DNA of 64,000 nucleotides from contig NC_043006.1 of the NCBI RefSeq assembly GCF_006345805.1, forward strand, positions 19,282,001 through 19,346,000, written 5' to 3'. This stretch comes from Octopus sinensis. Lineage: Eukaryota. This document shows, in pieces, positions 1 to 11,870 of the stretch; position 1 is the first letter of the stretch; each line of letters begins with the position of its first letter. A program made the position numbers and the translations under genes. The notes under the pieces are model-generated. The model saw only the letters and a list, made by a program, of their open reading frames with translations, was not told where the DNA came from and ran no database searches.

Positions 1-607
1 CGTCACTAGTGCCAAGCTGTATCGGCCTTTGCCTTTCCCTTGGATAACATTGGTGGCGTGGAGAAGGGACGCTGGTATGCAAACTTATCAATCACTGAAC
101 TTGGTACAGTCCGGAAGGCCATATCCGGAAGGCGATCGATCATATCACCATTATCTACCGCCGCTGGGTCATTTGTCACAAACTGTTGGGTCTACAGAGG
201 GGCACAACTTGGAAGTACCAACCATCGATTGCAGTCTACGACACTCAGGCTGAGGTTGAGAGCGGACCCCTCCACAAAATATCAGCCTCACCCTGATTCA
301 TCTTGCCTCTGTGATCCTAACATCACCTTGTGCTCTATCACTAAATACTTCAGCGCTCTGGCCGAGAATGAGACTGACAATTGGGAGATCTTCTAATCAA
401 GCGTGCACTAGTCTTCATGTGATGTCCTGGTAATATTTTAGAAGGATGCACGGAAAAGTTTCCCATATATAAATACCATGTAGTTATCTTAATGCTGGAT
501 TACAAACAATTTGTTTTATTCTCTCCCGCTCACCTTCTCTCTACGCACAAGAACACACATTCAAACACACACACATATATATATATATGTATATCATATA
601 TCAGTGT

Positions 608-850
608 TCTTGAGCAAGGCACTTTATTTCACGTTGCTCCAGTTCACTCAGCTGTAGAAATGAGTTGCGACGTCACTGGTGCCAAGCTGTATCGTCCTTT
701 GTCTTGGATAACATCGGTGACGTGGGGAGAGGAGGCTGGTATGCATGGGCGACTGCTGGTCTTCCATAAACAACCTCGCCCGGACTTGTGTCTAGGAGGG
801 TAACTTTCTAGGTGCAATCCCATGGTCTGCGTCGTGACCGAAGGGGGTCT
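608..850 (+). mobile_element. SINE-like repeat; second partial copy at 1-78
   Basis: The block cgtcactggtgccaagctgtatcg...ttggataacatcggtg...ctggtatgca at about 670-745 is repeated at 1-78. It is preceded by ttcttgagcaaggcacttt, a SINE-core-like word. Confidence 0.55.
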
Positions 851-1110
851 CCGATATAATATATCAGCCATATAGCGTCCGACATTCTTAATTGTCGCTA
901 TTTTCACAATAGTATATTCCTCTAAAAACAACGTATATTCAACCCCTGTACGAATTCCCTATCGAGAAACAAAACTAACATATAGGAACCTGTGCTATCC
1001 TAGGTAAAGAAAAACAAAATTCAACGGGACAGTAATAACGAGCAGATATTAACGAGAAAGTGAAAACATTAACACAACCGAATTAATTCAACCTCGTAGA
1101 CACTCAGCTT

Positions 1111-1177
1111 GTATGTATGTATGTATGTATGTATGTATGTATGTATGTATGTATGTATGTATGTATGTATGTATGTA
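1111..1177. repeat. (TATG)n microsatellite
   Basis: Perfect tandem tatg array. Confidence 0.98.
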
Positions 1178-1591
1178 TACTCTTACTCTTTTACTCTTTT
1201 ACTTGTTTCAGTCATTTGATTGCGGCCATGCTGGAGCACCGCCTTTAATCGAGCAACTCGACCCCGGGACTTATTCTTTTGTAAGCCCAGTACTTATTCT
1301 ATCGGTCTCTTTTGCCGAACCGCTAAGTAACGGGGACATAAACACACCAGCATCGGTTGTCAAGCAATGCTAGGGGGACAAACACAGACACACAAACACA
1401 CACACGCATATATATATATACATATATACGATAGGCTTCTTTCAGTTTCCGTCTACCAAATGCACTCACAAGGCTTTGGTCGGCCCGAGGCTATAGTAGA
1501 AGACACTTGCCCAAGGTACCACGCAGTGGGACTGAACCCGGAACCATGTGGTTGGTAAACAAGCTACTTACCACACAGCCACTCCTGCGCC

Positions 1592-1592
<1 letters not shown>
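1178..1592 (-). mobile_element. tRNA-derived SINE, family 1
   Basis: Minus strand begins aggcgcaggagtggctgtgtggtaagtagc with a B-box-like ggttcagtcc. It ends ggcggtgctccagcatggccgcaatcaaatgactgaaacaagtaaaagag. Further copies occur at 9672, 13261, 47695, 52903 and 54803. Confidence 0.9.
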
Positions 1593-1593
<1 letters not shown>

Positions 1594-1623
<30 letters not shown>

Positions 1624-1687
1624 TGTATGTATGTATGTATGCATGCATGCATGCATGTATGTATGTATGTATGTATGTATGTGTGTG

Positions 1688-1740
<53 letters not shown>

Positions 1741-1760
1741 TGCGTGTGTGTGTGTGTGAG
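1594..1760. repeat. Compound (TATG)n/(CATG)n/(TG)n/(TGCG)n microsatellite
   Basis: Seen directly. Confidence 0.95.
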
Positions 1761-4444
1761 TTTATAGGTGTCATGTGACTCGATTTTATTTTTACGCCTT
1801 CCTATTTAGCAGTACTGCTGTACTTTGACCTATTTCGCTTTATTGATTTACCTCGCTAAGTGTTTCCTACAAATAAGCATTTTCAGTATGACAGCGAAAT
1901 ATGTATCCATATAATTAGTGTTTGTATTGTGTGTTTGTATATATATATAGCGTGTGTGATACGCTATGAGTAAAATAACTTTATATTTGTATAAACGTCG
2001 TATCGTTCTCCTTTCCCGTGATAATGTGACTTCAAGGCTATCTCCAAAACGAAAACGACTTTCAATTATAGCTGTCAGTGATAGGCACGGTATGTGCACA
2101 GACACACACGTTCCTCTTAAAATTAGCCTCCTTTGTAAATTGGAATCAAACTACTGATAATTCTAATTCATAAGCAAGAAGTTTTTTTTTGTGAGAAAAG
2201 TGTCAATAAGTTTAATTCATGTCAAGTAGTCATCACTGATATCCATCTTGTTTTATTTTGTTGTTGTTTTTCGCTATATATTTTTTCTCGTATGCATCAT
2301 TCTAATATCATAAAGACAGATTTTCATCTTGCTTTTTTTGTGTATGCATCATTACAATATCATAAAGACAGAGAACAAAAAAAGTATTACTATGAAGTTG
2401 AACAGTCACAGACACTAGCCTTCATCAATTTCAAAAGAGTTTATCATAAATCTAAATGTTGGTTCTGACAATAAATGTGTTGATCTTCTACGACGAATTT
2501 TAAAACACTGGTGTCTAATTTAACGTTCTAATGGTCAATATTATGTTATGGTTCTATGAGTCTGAGTGAATGTTTCTCTCTCTATATATATATATATTTC
2601 ATGGTTGAAAATAAAAATAGAAACACATCTGATCACACTGCCATCATATAAAGAATTACACCAAAAATTGGGAGGATTGACGATGGAAGTTCCTATCAAT
2701 CGCTGTGTGTTTGAGAGCATTAATTAGTTCGGTAAAATGATGAATATTATTGATTCACATTCGTTCACATCCGCCAAAGTATTCTGAAGTAGTAAAATAT
2801 CCTCACTGTTACTTGTAACATGAACTATGGCGGCTATAGTATTTAACCTTTACACGATCGTGTAAATCAGACGATGGCGATTTATGAGTTATAACAGTAT
2901 TCCCTTCTTCTTTTGCTGCCAACTTCAAAACGCTTGACATATATGTCACTATTACCATTCTCTGTAAACGATGAGGTCGAAAATGTCTTAAAATGAGGAA
3001 AGAGATGATTCACTTTGTAGCACAGTTTATCATACGTCTGTTCTGTCAGGGTTTGTCCATTGCTAAAGTACAAATGAAAGTTTTAATGTCTGTGTAAGTC
3101 TTTCATCAACAGAGAGTCAAGATGCATTGATGTGGAACTACTTTACCTGAATAGGAATCTTAATCTAACATTCACAAGAAGATTAGGTATCATACGATGA
3201 AAGTGTAAGTATTAATTTCACCGAAGACAAATTTCATCTACGAAATTTTATTTATAATTCAACGTTCAAGTTCTTCTACATTCCTTCGGGGACATTTTTC
3301 GAAATCTTACATAAATTTCAAAGTGCTTACATACTTCAAGAATCGTATGTTTACAGATTGACTAACTCTGATATTGTCCAGCTAGTTCAGTTGGTATAGC
3401 GCGGGGATTGTAATATCTGAATTATAGATTTTTACTTGAATGAAGGGTGTGTGCCACTGACAGATGAAATAAATCTAAAATATAAAGGCTAGAAATAATT
3501 TTTTTAAATTCGTCAACTGCGAGTTGAGGTGTTAATGAGACCTAAAACCGTCTTGGAAGCCCTTATTAAATTTGATGACATGTATACCCAACCATTTTCC
3601 CTCTATGCAAATCATCGAGGAATTCTGTGTTAACTCTAAAATCTTTCCATATCCTAGTAACAAAGAAAGGAAAGGAAAACGTATTACACGATGCAGTCTG
3701 TAGATGGAATTAAAATGAACCTATCACAGTGAATTTCGAAGTCCTTACAAATATATTCGCTTCATATATTAATTTTGTTTTTATGTGAGACAACAATTGC
3801 AAATGCAAAAATATAGCGTGTATAACACTATTCGGACTAAAGAGAAAAATTCAAAACACTTTCGTAGTTTTGATCCTTTCATTACAATAACAAGGAGAAA
3901 AACAGATTGAAAGATAGAGACAGCATTATAATTGTTAACGATATCTTCGATACATTTTTGCTACCGAGATATAAGGAGCATATGATTTACGAAGTTTCGA
4001 ATCCTTTCATTACTGTATCTAGAAAGTGAAAGAAAAATGCAGCATTAACATTACTGGCAATGACTTCGATATATTTTTGCTACCAAAATATACAAATAGG
4101 TGAGTGAGAAAATATGGAGGCTGCCGTGGATGTAAACGTAAAGAATTTATTTGCTAAATAAACACCGAATTTCTTCCTAAAATTAAAGAATATGAACAAC
4201 TCAGTAGATGATAAAATCAGACCTTTACAGTTGAAGTATAAACATCTTATAATTAAGGGCTAAAGAGGGTTATTCTAAAGCCAATACACCGATTTATCCA
4301 CTTATAATCCACTTGTTACAGGAATATTGAACTGAAAGCGGGCAACTAAACTTTAGAAAATTTAAATTTCGTTATCTCTATATAGTTATGTTTTTAGCTT
4401 CTGCTTTTTCCATGATCGCATGTGAGTATTTTATTTATATTCTC

Positions 4445-6400
4445 GGTTAAAACATTTTCTTTTCTTCAAATATTTATAGTGCATTTACTGGATCGTCTTT
4501 GCAATTTGATTTTCTTAAGACAAAATAGCCAAATTTTTAACGCGTAGTATCGTGAAAATGAAGCCATGTAGGCTTGTCTTTACTAAAACTACTTTCTCTC
4601 GTGCTGACAGTTTAAGTATTGTATGCATTAGTTTTGACATGACATTTTTTAAAGTCATCACGGTTGATGAAGCCTAACGGCTTCTAACGGCTTCTTTACA
4701 TCTCCGAGAAATAATTATTCTGCAATATTTGCTCCAATCAGATCACAATCGTTATATCCGTTATAATATCATTATCTTCTTCATATCTTATTTTCCAAAC
4801 TTTGACATACTAATCTCAGTAAATTTTTATCTGGCAAACGTTTTAAAAATTCCCATCATTGAACCGCTTTAACTGTTCAAAGAATTAATAGAAGCATGGA
4901 CTATTGCGCTGAATGCACAATTTTCTTAATCTTTCTGGATCATCTCTATTTGAAATCCCATTAGAACACTCATATTCAAACTAATGTTTACTGTGTTTTG
5001 TATTTTTTGTTTTCTGCAAATTTTGTTGCTTATTTTTTACTGGTGCTGTTTTACATATTAGTACGATAAGCAACAAAATAATTAGAAAACATTATCCATG
5101 AGTGAAACCATAGTAGACACAATCACCGATGTGCTCCGTATAATTTTGTTGATATTTTATTTTCTCTGTTGGAGACATTATACCATGCATCACCAATAGA
5201 AGACTGTAATTTTCCTTTTGTAATTTAGAATGATGTCTTCATATCATATTGAAGGATCAGAAGCGAGCATTTCTTCAAGTCTATAAAGAGCTTTTCGGGT
5301 CGCTATAAGTTCATATTTGATGTCTTTGCCATATTCTAGACAGCACCCCCGGCTAATCTCGCTTAAATATTCTTGCAGTGAAGTTTTTTAAACATGTTCT
5401 TTTTAGTACATGCCATTGCCCAGGAGAGGCAGAAAACAAAATATGTAATCACCGAACAGTATCCAAAAGAATTTGAGTGAATTCCCAGCAACTTGTTGAA
5501 TAATCAGCAGATTCTAAGTTCAGGCTGACATTCAAATGGCATATGATATACTCGTGGGCTTTCCTTTGTGGTTCTCATTAGAAACTTGTTTCTTTTTCTC
5601 TATTCATTTGCATCTGGATCTTTATCACAACCCTCCCCTCCGCATTTATGTAATACTAGCTTTCTTTCTATTGGAAAATCTGCTATATTTTTATATAATC
5701 TTTTTGCCTGTAGTATCTGTACCTCGTTAATATCTTACAAACTATTCTCTCATTAAAAGAGTTTCAAAATATAAATGTCAAACAGTAACTAAAAGTAGTT
5801 TCAGATGATTTACATCTGGCGTAATATCTAAGATAAGTTTGAATTATTTAGTTGATTTATCCCAATTATGTTATCTTAAATGGTATTTCCCAATACACTA
5901 TTTCCATTTTTTCACAGTACTAAGTGTTTCTTTAGGGGGCAAGCCGAAATAGATGTTCTTTCATTGACAGATCAAAATTTACAAGTGGCTCAATATGATT
6001 TACACTACAACTATTGTGCAATGTAAATAATCTGCGTAACGTTCTCCTAGTTGCCAAACTGGTTTAGCTAAATAGAGTGATGATCATTAAACGTTTCATC
6101 ACTTTCCATCAATGCTCTAGTTCTTTTCCTACACATGACTACATCACAGTAGAAAAAAAAGAACTTTTATTAGTCTGCAATCGCGATAATGTCTGAAACC
6201 ACTTCATATAACATTCCAGATCATGTACAGAATGCCCATGTGCTAGCAAATATTCATGGCCGTGTTTCAAATCATTAATTCCAGCTTTACCTAAACAAGT
6301 CTAATTTCAGACACCAAAATACTTCGTAACAAAAGTAATAAATTTTATTGCTGCTTTCTGAAGAAAAAAGCCACATTCTAAAAATAATTTCACTGCCGTT
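4445..6400 (-). mobile_element. Degenerate hAT-superfamily transposase relic (ZMYM1-like type)
   Basis: Minus-strand translation across stops and shifts gives collinear hAT motifs. In order: TTF-finger-like RMWLFSSESSNKIYYFC, ITPDVNH, RGTDTTGKKII, CGGEGCD (for CRGQGYD), CHLNVSLNL, LHILFSASPGQWHVLKR, then dimerisation-domain TVSTRESSFSK and NLAILS*ENQIAK. Confidence 0.75.
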
Positions 6401-7097
6401 ATATTTCCTATACACTATTGACAAAAAAAAAAAACTGCATTTATTTGGAACTTTCAGAAAACTGTACGGTTAATTGAAATAGTGTTTGGTTATTACAGAA
6501 TGAAGCGATCAATGTCTGCCTCTGACACTTCATTTCATCAATTGTGCTGAATTGTAGTAGGTGATACGTCATTAAATAGTATTTTTAAACTTTCTTTCAA
6601 AATTGTCTGTTTCTTAAAGTCGCAACATTCCACCAAGCCTCCGGCAACATTTCAAATGCAGTCAGGTCTCTATTTACGGATGCATTCGCACTTATTTTGC
6701 TTGACTTCACAGGTGTTAGATAAGAAATCTAGAGAATTAGCAGTAATTTAAAAAATTAGGTGTGCATCTCGCCACAGGTAGATTGAGAAGTAACAATACT
6801 TGATAACATTCCTTGAGTCATTACTATTGATTCTTGTTGGCGACGTCTTTACTTTTCTGTTTAATGGCCTAATACAATGTTTTTATCACATGTCCAATCT
6901 CAGACGTAAGTAGGATTCGAATAGAATATACATAATATATATGTGTGTGTGTGTGTATATATATCAATATGTTTATAGATATATGTGTGTATATATATGT
7001 ATGTCTATATATATGTCTATATGTATATGTGAGTTTATATATACGTGTATATACATATGTGTGTATATATAAATATATATCTGTATATATATAACTT

Positions 7098-7139
<42 letters not shown>

Positions 7140-7141
<2 letters not shown>

Positions 7142-7399
7142 AGGTTGAAAAGAGTTGATATATATGGAAAAAATTCAAGGTAGGAAATGCTATAATAATT
7201 TTATAAAAAACGTTTCAGTACCGGTTTCAGTCATTCAGACTTTTTCAACAGTATGTATGGAAAACAGATAAATTTCTGAAAAATTAAAAGAAAAGGTTTT
7301 TAAAAGAATATTTGTATACTATTCAAATACAAGGGGCATCTTCCTTGTTTCTGCCTGTCTCTGTCTCCCTTGTTTACTCTTGTGGGTTCGGGACAAGAC

Positions 7400-7400
<1 letters not shown>
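7140..7400 (-). mobile_element. About 250 bp hammerhead-bearing Penelope-type terminal module in a TG/TA array
   Basis: Its reverse complement aligns by eye with 8925-9140 (aaacaaggga..cagaga..ggcagaa, aaatatt..tttaaaaa, ttgaaaa.gtc, gaaaccggtactgaaa, tataaaattatt.tagcattt). Confidence 0.75.
7216..7251 (-). ncRNA. Minimal type I hammerhead ribozyme, U3-A8 variant
   Basis: Minus strand reads ctg TTGAAAA AGTC tgaat GACT GAAA C CG G TA ctg. Stem II has 4 perfect bp and the cleavage triplet is GUA. Stem I has one mismatch. Confidence 0.7.
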
Positions 7401-7442
<42 letters not shown>

Positions 7443-7451
7443 ATATATACG

Positions 7452-7490
<39 letters not shown>

Positions 7491-7843
7491 GCACATATAT
7501 ATATATATATATATATATACGCACATATATATATATATAATATATATATATACGCACACATATATATATTATATATATACGCACATATATATATATATAT
7601 ATACGCACATATATATATATATATATATACGCACACATATATATATATATATTATATATACGTATATATATATATATATAATACGCACATATATATATTA
7701 TATATATACGCACACATATATATATATATATATATACGCACACATATATATATATATATATATATACGCACATATATACATATATATATATATATATATA
7801 CGCACATATATATATATATATATATATATACGCACATTATATA

Positions 7844-7878
<35 letters not shown>

Positions 7879-7945
7879 CGGACATATATATATATATTAT
7901 ATATATATATATATATACGGACATATATATATACATATATATGAA
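7400..7945. repeat. (TA)n array with recurring CGCAC/CGGAC interruptions
   Basis: About 15 units of (ta)n-cgcac-a(ta)n. Confidence 0.95.
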
Positions 7946-7964
7946 TGTATTTATGTACACATGC

Positions 7965-8865
7965 ATACATATATGTAATAGAAATATGTTTCAAAAAGAA
8001 AATAGAAACTACACGTAGAAAAGTTATGGGGAAAGTAAGAAAGAAAAAAGCGAAAATACACATTGAATATAAAACAAATAAAGTCTTTTTATGAAAGGTA
8101 GCGATAAATAAATACAATTAGATGAACTGAGGTAGAATTAAGAGGAATTAAATTCATTATGTTGAATTCTTAAAGAGATTCAAAGTCAAACCGGTATCGT
8201 CATTGCTGTTCACTGGCTTTGAATGCACACCGATTGTCAAATGGTGTCGTGTCTACTAGTCTGTGAGTAAAAGATAGTGTAAGGAAAGTAAGTAATTCTG
8301 GATGTGGTGCAATTAGGTTCGGTATAATACTGTAATATGAATGGTATAAGGAATTAATGGGTGTTAGTGGCATTATTAGTAAGGTTGGTAGTGTTCTGTA
8401 TTATATTGTGTTCATGTTAAGTTGTGGATGAGATTTATTGATGAAAATTGCTTCGTTATTAATTCTTTGCTGTACTGAGGTGTTCTGTGAACATTGATAG
8501 AAGGGTAAAATGAAGAAATTAGCATTAAGGTTCCTAGCACACCTATCTATGTATTCATGACTTGTATTTGTCTGTATTGTGGGTGGCGGATTTGTTCTTT
8601 GTGAAGAGTGGTTATTCGACGGCGTGATATTCCTGCTTGACCAATATATTGATTACCGCACACTAAGCAGCTAATGGCATAGATTAGGTTTTCCGAGGCA
8701 CAGGAGAAATTTGATTTAATCTTAAATATTTCACTTTGTTTAAAGTGGAACTCTGAACCCTCCAAAAGGTGAGGGCATGTACCACAGTTAGGCCGACCGC
8801 ATTTTTTCTCTTGTAGTTCGGTTGTTAATGGACAAAGTTTTGCGTTGATATACATGTACACATAT
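7965..8865 (-). mobile_element. Penelope-like element 3' fragment with GIY-YIG endonuclease
   Basis: ORF 8547-8861 contains KKCGRPNCGTCPHL...FSCASENLIYAISCLVCGNQYIGQ...HKEQIRHPQYRQI. This is the PLE Cys knuckle plus the IY...YIG motif. Confidence 0.88.
8179..8223 (-). ncRNA. Degenerate type I hammerhead, G3-C8 variant
   Basis: Minus strand reads TTCAAAGCCA GTGAACA gc aat gac GATA C CG G TT TGACTTTGAA. Stem I pairs 9 of 10 bp. GAAA is mutated to GATA and stem II is damaged. Confidence 0.5.
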
Positions 8866-8887
8866 ACATATACATTTATATATGTAC

Positions 8888-8918
<31 letters not shown>

Positions 8919-8924
8919 ATATGT

Positions 8925-9136
8925 ATAAGGGTGCAAACAAGGGAGTCAGAGAAAGGCAGAATGCTACTTATATCTGAACACTACTATAGAAATATTCCTT
9001 TAAAAAAACTTTTCTTCTAATTTTTCTAAATTTAATTATTTAATCGTTACAGTTGAAAAGGTCTCAAAATGATCGAAACCGGTACTGAAATGTTCACTAT
9101 AAAATTATTTTAGCATTTTCTATTTTTGACTTCTTT

Positions 9137-9140
<4 letters not shown>
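8925..9140 (+). mobile_element. Hammerhead-bearing Penelope-type terminal module (inverted relative to 7140-7400)
   Basis: Homologous to the reverse complement of 7140-7400 and flanked by (TA)n on both sides. Confidence 0.75.
9050..9087 (+). ncRNA. Minimal type I hammerhead ribozyme, U3-A8 variant
   Basis: CAG TTGAAAA GGTC tcaaaat GATC GAAA C CG G TA CTG. Stem I is CAG/CTG, stem II is GGTC/GATC (one G-U), stem III is the palindrome ACCGGT, and the triplet is GUA. Confidence 0.78.
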
Positions 9141-9204
<64 letters not shown>

Positions 9205-9671
9205 AATATGCATGGGTGTCTGTATATATAAATGTGCGTGTGTATAGTGATGATGAATATACTGTTTATGCGGTGTGTATATAGTTTCATGCGAATATAT
9301 ATAAAAGTATTTATATTATAGGTTCTTGATATTTGTTAATCTCATATTTACTATTTTGTGTACATTACAAAAAAAGCAAGATCCTCATATGTCTATACGC
9401 TGAATGATAGATCAAGATTTTATCTAGACAGCTAGCCATGATTACAACGGTCTTAATCATACAGTCAATCTTCAAACAGTGTATTCTATTTGCCGTTTGA
9501 TTTTTACTTTCATGGAGTTGTGATGCTACGTAGGAGATTCTGAAGTACTTCATATCTGAAATATCACCGACATAGTTCACATAATAAAGTTACACACACA
9601 TACACAAACACTCTCTCTCCACCCTTTCTTCTCTCTCTCTCCCCGTCTCTCTCCAACACACAGACACACAT

Positions 9672-10048
9672 AGGCATATGTGTGTGTGTGGAAAGAAACT
9701 TCCTTCTCAACCACATAGTTCCGATTTCAATCCCACTGTGTGACACATTGGGCAACTGTTTTCTACTATAGCCTGGGGCTGACCAAAGAATTGAGAGTAG
9801 ATTTGGTAAACGGAAGCTTAAAGAAGCCTGTCGTATATATTTATGTAATCGTTAGTCGTTTGTATGTCTGTGTTTGTCCCTACCATCGTTTGACAACTGA
9901 TATTAGTCTGTTTACCTCCATGGCACTTAGCGGTTCGGCAAAAAGAGACCAATACAATAAGTACTAGGGTTACAAAGGATATGTCCTGGGGTCGATTTAA
10001 TCATGTTGTTCCAGGATGGCCGCAGTCATTGACTGAATCAAGTAAAAG
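9672..10048 (+). mobile_element. SINE family 1, diverged copy
   Basis: Shares caaccacatagttcc...cccactg...ttctactatagcc...aaagaagcc.gtcgtatat...cttagcggttcggcaaaaagagac...caggatggccgcagtcattgactgaa. Confidence 0.8.
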
Positions 10049-10064
10049 TGCAAAGAGCATATAT

Positions 10065-10106
<42 letters not shown>

Positions 10107-10264
10107 AGGGTAAGCTCATAAATACGAAACAAGTTTGAAAAAATAGTACACGAACACCACAAGTAGAGTAATATGTTTTTAAAAAGGCATCAAAAATATC
10201 ACAAAAACTGTTTTTCTGATACTTTTGGCTGCTTTCTAATAAAGTGTGCAGGTATATATGTACG

Positions 10265-10303
<39 letters not shown>

Positions 10304-10540
10304 CGACCGATTTCTCTATCGCTATTCGTGATATTATGTTTTACTTATTTGAATATGTTTTTTTTCTTTAGAAGAAATTTTGTCTATGTTGTGTGTGATG
10401 ATATTCACGAGTGAATGACTTCACAAGTAGATAAATAAAGGGAGGTAATTGGTTATCGTTATTATTGTTATTGTTGTGGGTAAGGGAGATAACTGCTCCG
10501 CTTTCGGTAATGGGAGTGGAATATATATATATATATTATA

Positions 10541-10587
<47 letters not shown>

Positions 10588-10590
<3 letters not shown>

Positions 10591-10886
10591 GAGGCGCAAT
10601 GGCCCAGTGGTTTAGGCAGCGGACTCGCGGTCGTAGGATCGCGGCTTCGATTCCCAGACCAGGCGTTGTGAGTGTTTATTGAGCGAAAACACCTAAAGCT
10701 CCACGAGGCTCCGGCAGGGGGTGGTGGCGATCCCTGCTGTACTCTTTCGCTACAACTTTCTCTCACTCTTTCTTCCGTTGGCCTGCTCGCTTGGCCAGCG
10801 GGGTGGCGTCATTTGAAGGCTAAAACAATGCGAAGCGCATTGTGACCAGCGATGTGTAGCAACATCTGATAGCCTGGTCGATCACG

Positions 10887-10890
<4 letters not shown>
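10588..10890 (+). mobile_element. tRNA-derived SINE family 3, tail type b
   Basis: Head gtggaggcgcaatggcccagtggtt..gcagcggactcgcggtc..aggatcgcgg.ttcgattccc. The tail ends gcctggtcgatcacggtga followed by (ta)n. Confidence 0.88.
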
Positions 10891-10939
<49 letters not shown>

Positions 10940-11204
10940 GTGTGTGTGTACAGACAAAAGCAAGTTTTGAAAACCTTGTTTAGTGAGGGGATTTATGTAC
11001 AGTGATGTAATCGTGAATCGAAATATGTGAAAAGATAAAGTTGGTTATGCGTGCATATTAAGACCTGTTCTGCATTTTTCAATGAAAAAGTTTCTTTATT
11101 TAAACGATCTTGTGGAGACATTGTGTCTTTGCACTGGTAGAAGGGGAAGACTGTAAAATTTGGTTTGATGTTATCAGCACATTTTTTCTATATGTTCACT
11201 GAGA

Positions 11205-11520
11205 AGAATTTACCTGTATTGCGGGAAACGGATTTGCTCTTTATGTAGAGCGGTTCTCTTTCTCAAAATCATATTAGTTAGTCCAATATAGTTGTGTCCG
11301 GAACCCGAGCAGGTTATTATATAAATTAGGTTCTCAGAGGCGCAATTGAAACTAGTTTTGATTGTGAACCTCTGTCGTTGTTTGAAAAGGAAATCCATGC
11401 CTTCAAGTAGGATGGGGCAGGTTCCACACTTTGGGCATCCACATTTTTCAACCGTCGGTTTCGTGGTTGTTTTGTAAAGCTTCGCATTTGTTAGTAGTCT
11501 CTTTAGCGATTTGTCCAATG
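11205..11520 (-). mobile_element. Penelope-like GIY-YIG fragment
   Basis: ORF 11210-11518 contains KCGCPKCGTCPILLEG...FNCASENLIYIITCSGSGHNYIGLT...HKEQIRFPQYR. Confidence 0.85.
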
Positions 11521-11559
11521 GTCTATAAGCTGGCTTAATTCCATCGGAGAAGCAAGTTT

Positions 11560-11870
11560 TCAGTGTTTGTACTCTCGTTTATGTTACGCTCCCTGCACTT
11601 CGTCTATAGCAAACTGACGACTTTGTAAAAGATGTTCCAGCGGACCAAAGATGTAATAGTCGGAAGAGGCGGGACATGGAACCCAAACTTTTCAACGCCT
11701 TCGGCGTATGAGGGTGTACGTTGTCGTGCAACAATAACATTTCTTCCATATTTACATGTGTAGTTTTTGCATCTCTTTGAAGGAGACTGCGTCAGTTCGT
11801 ATAGGAGGATATTTTTTAGGTGTATGGTAATGGAGTCCATATAAGTTATCTTGAAGGTAACTCAGTAAAG
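11560..11870 (-). mobile_element. Mariner transposase fragment
   Basis: Minus frames give LLLHDNVHPHTPK, KFGFHVP and SDYYIFGPL. These resemble mariner LHDNARPH...PSDYHLFGPL. Confidence 0.6.

Noticed and set aside
40-396. 118-aa ORF at the window start
   Set aside because: Starts in a SINE-like repeat and has no recognisable domain.
3378-3445. tRNA-like sequence (tagttcagttggtatagcgc...ttgtaat)
   Set aside because: A-box is present but the T-arm and acceptor stem do not pair. At most a SINE head or tRNA relic.
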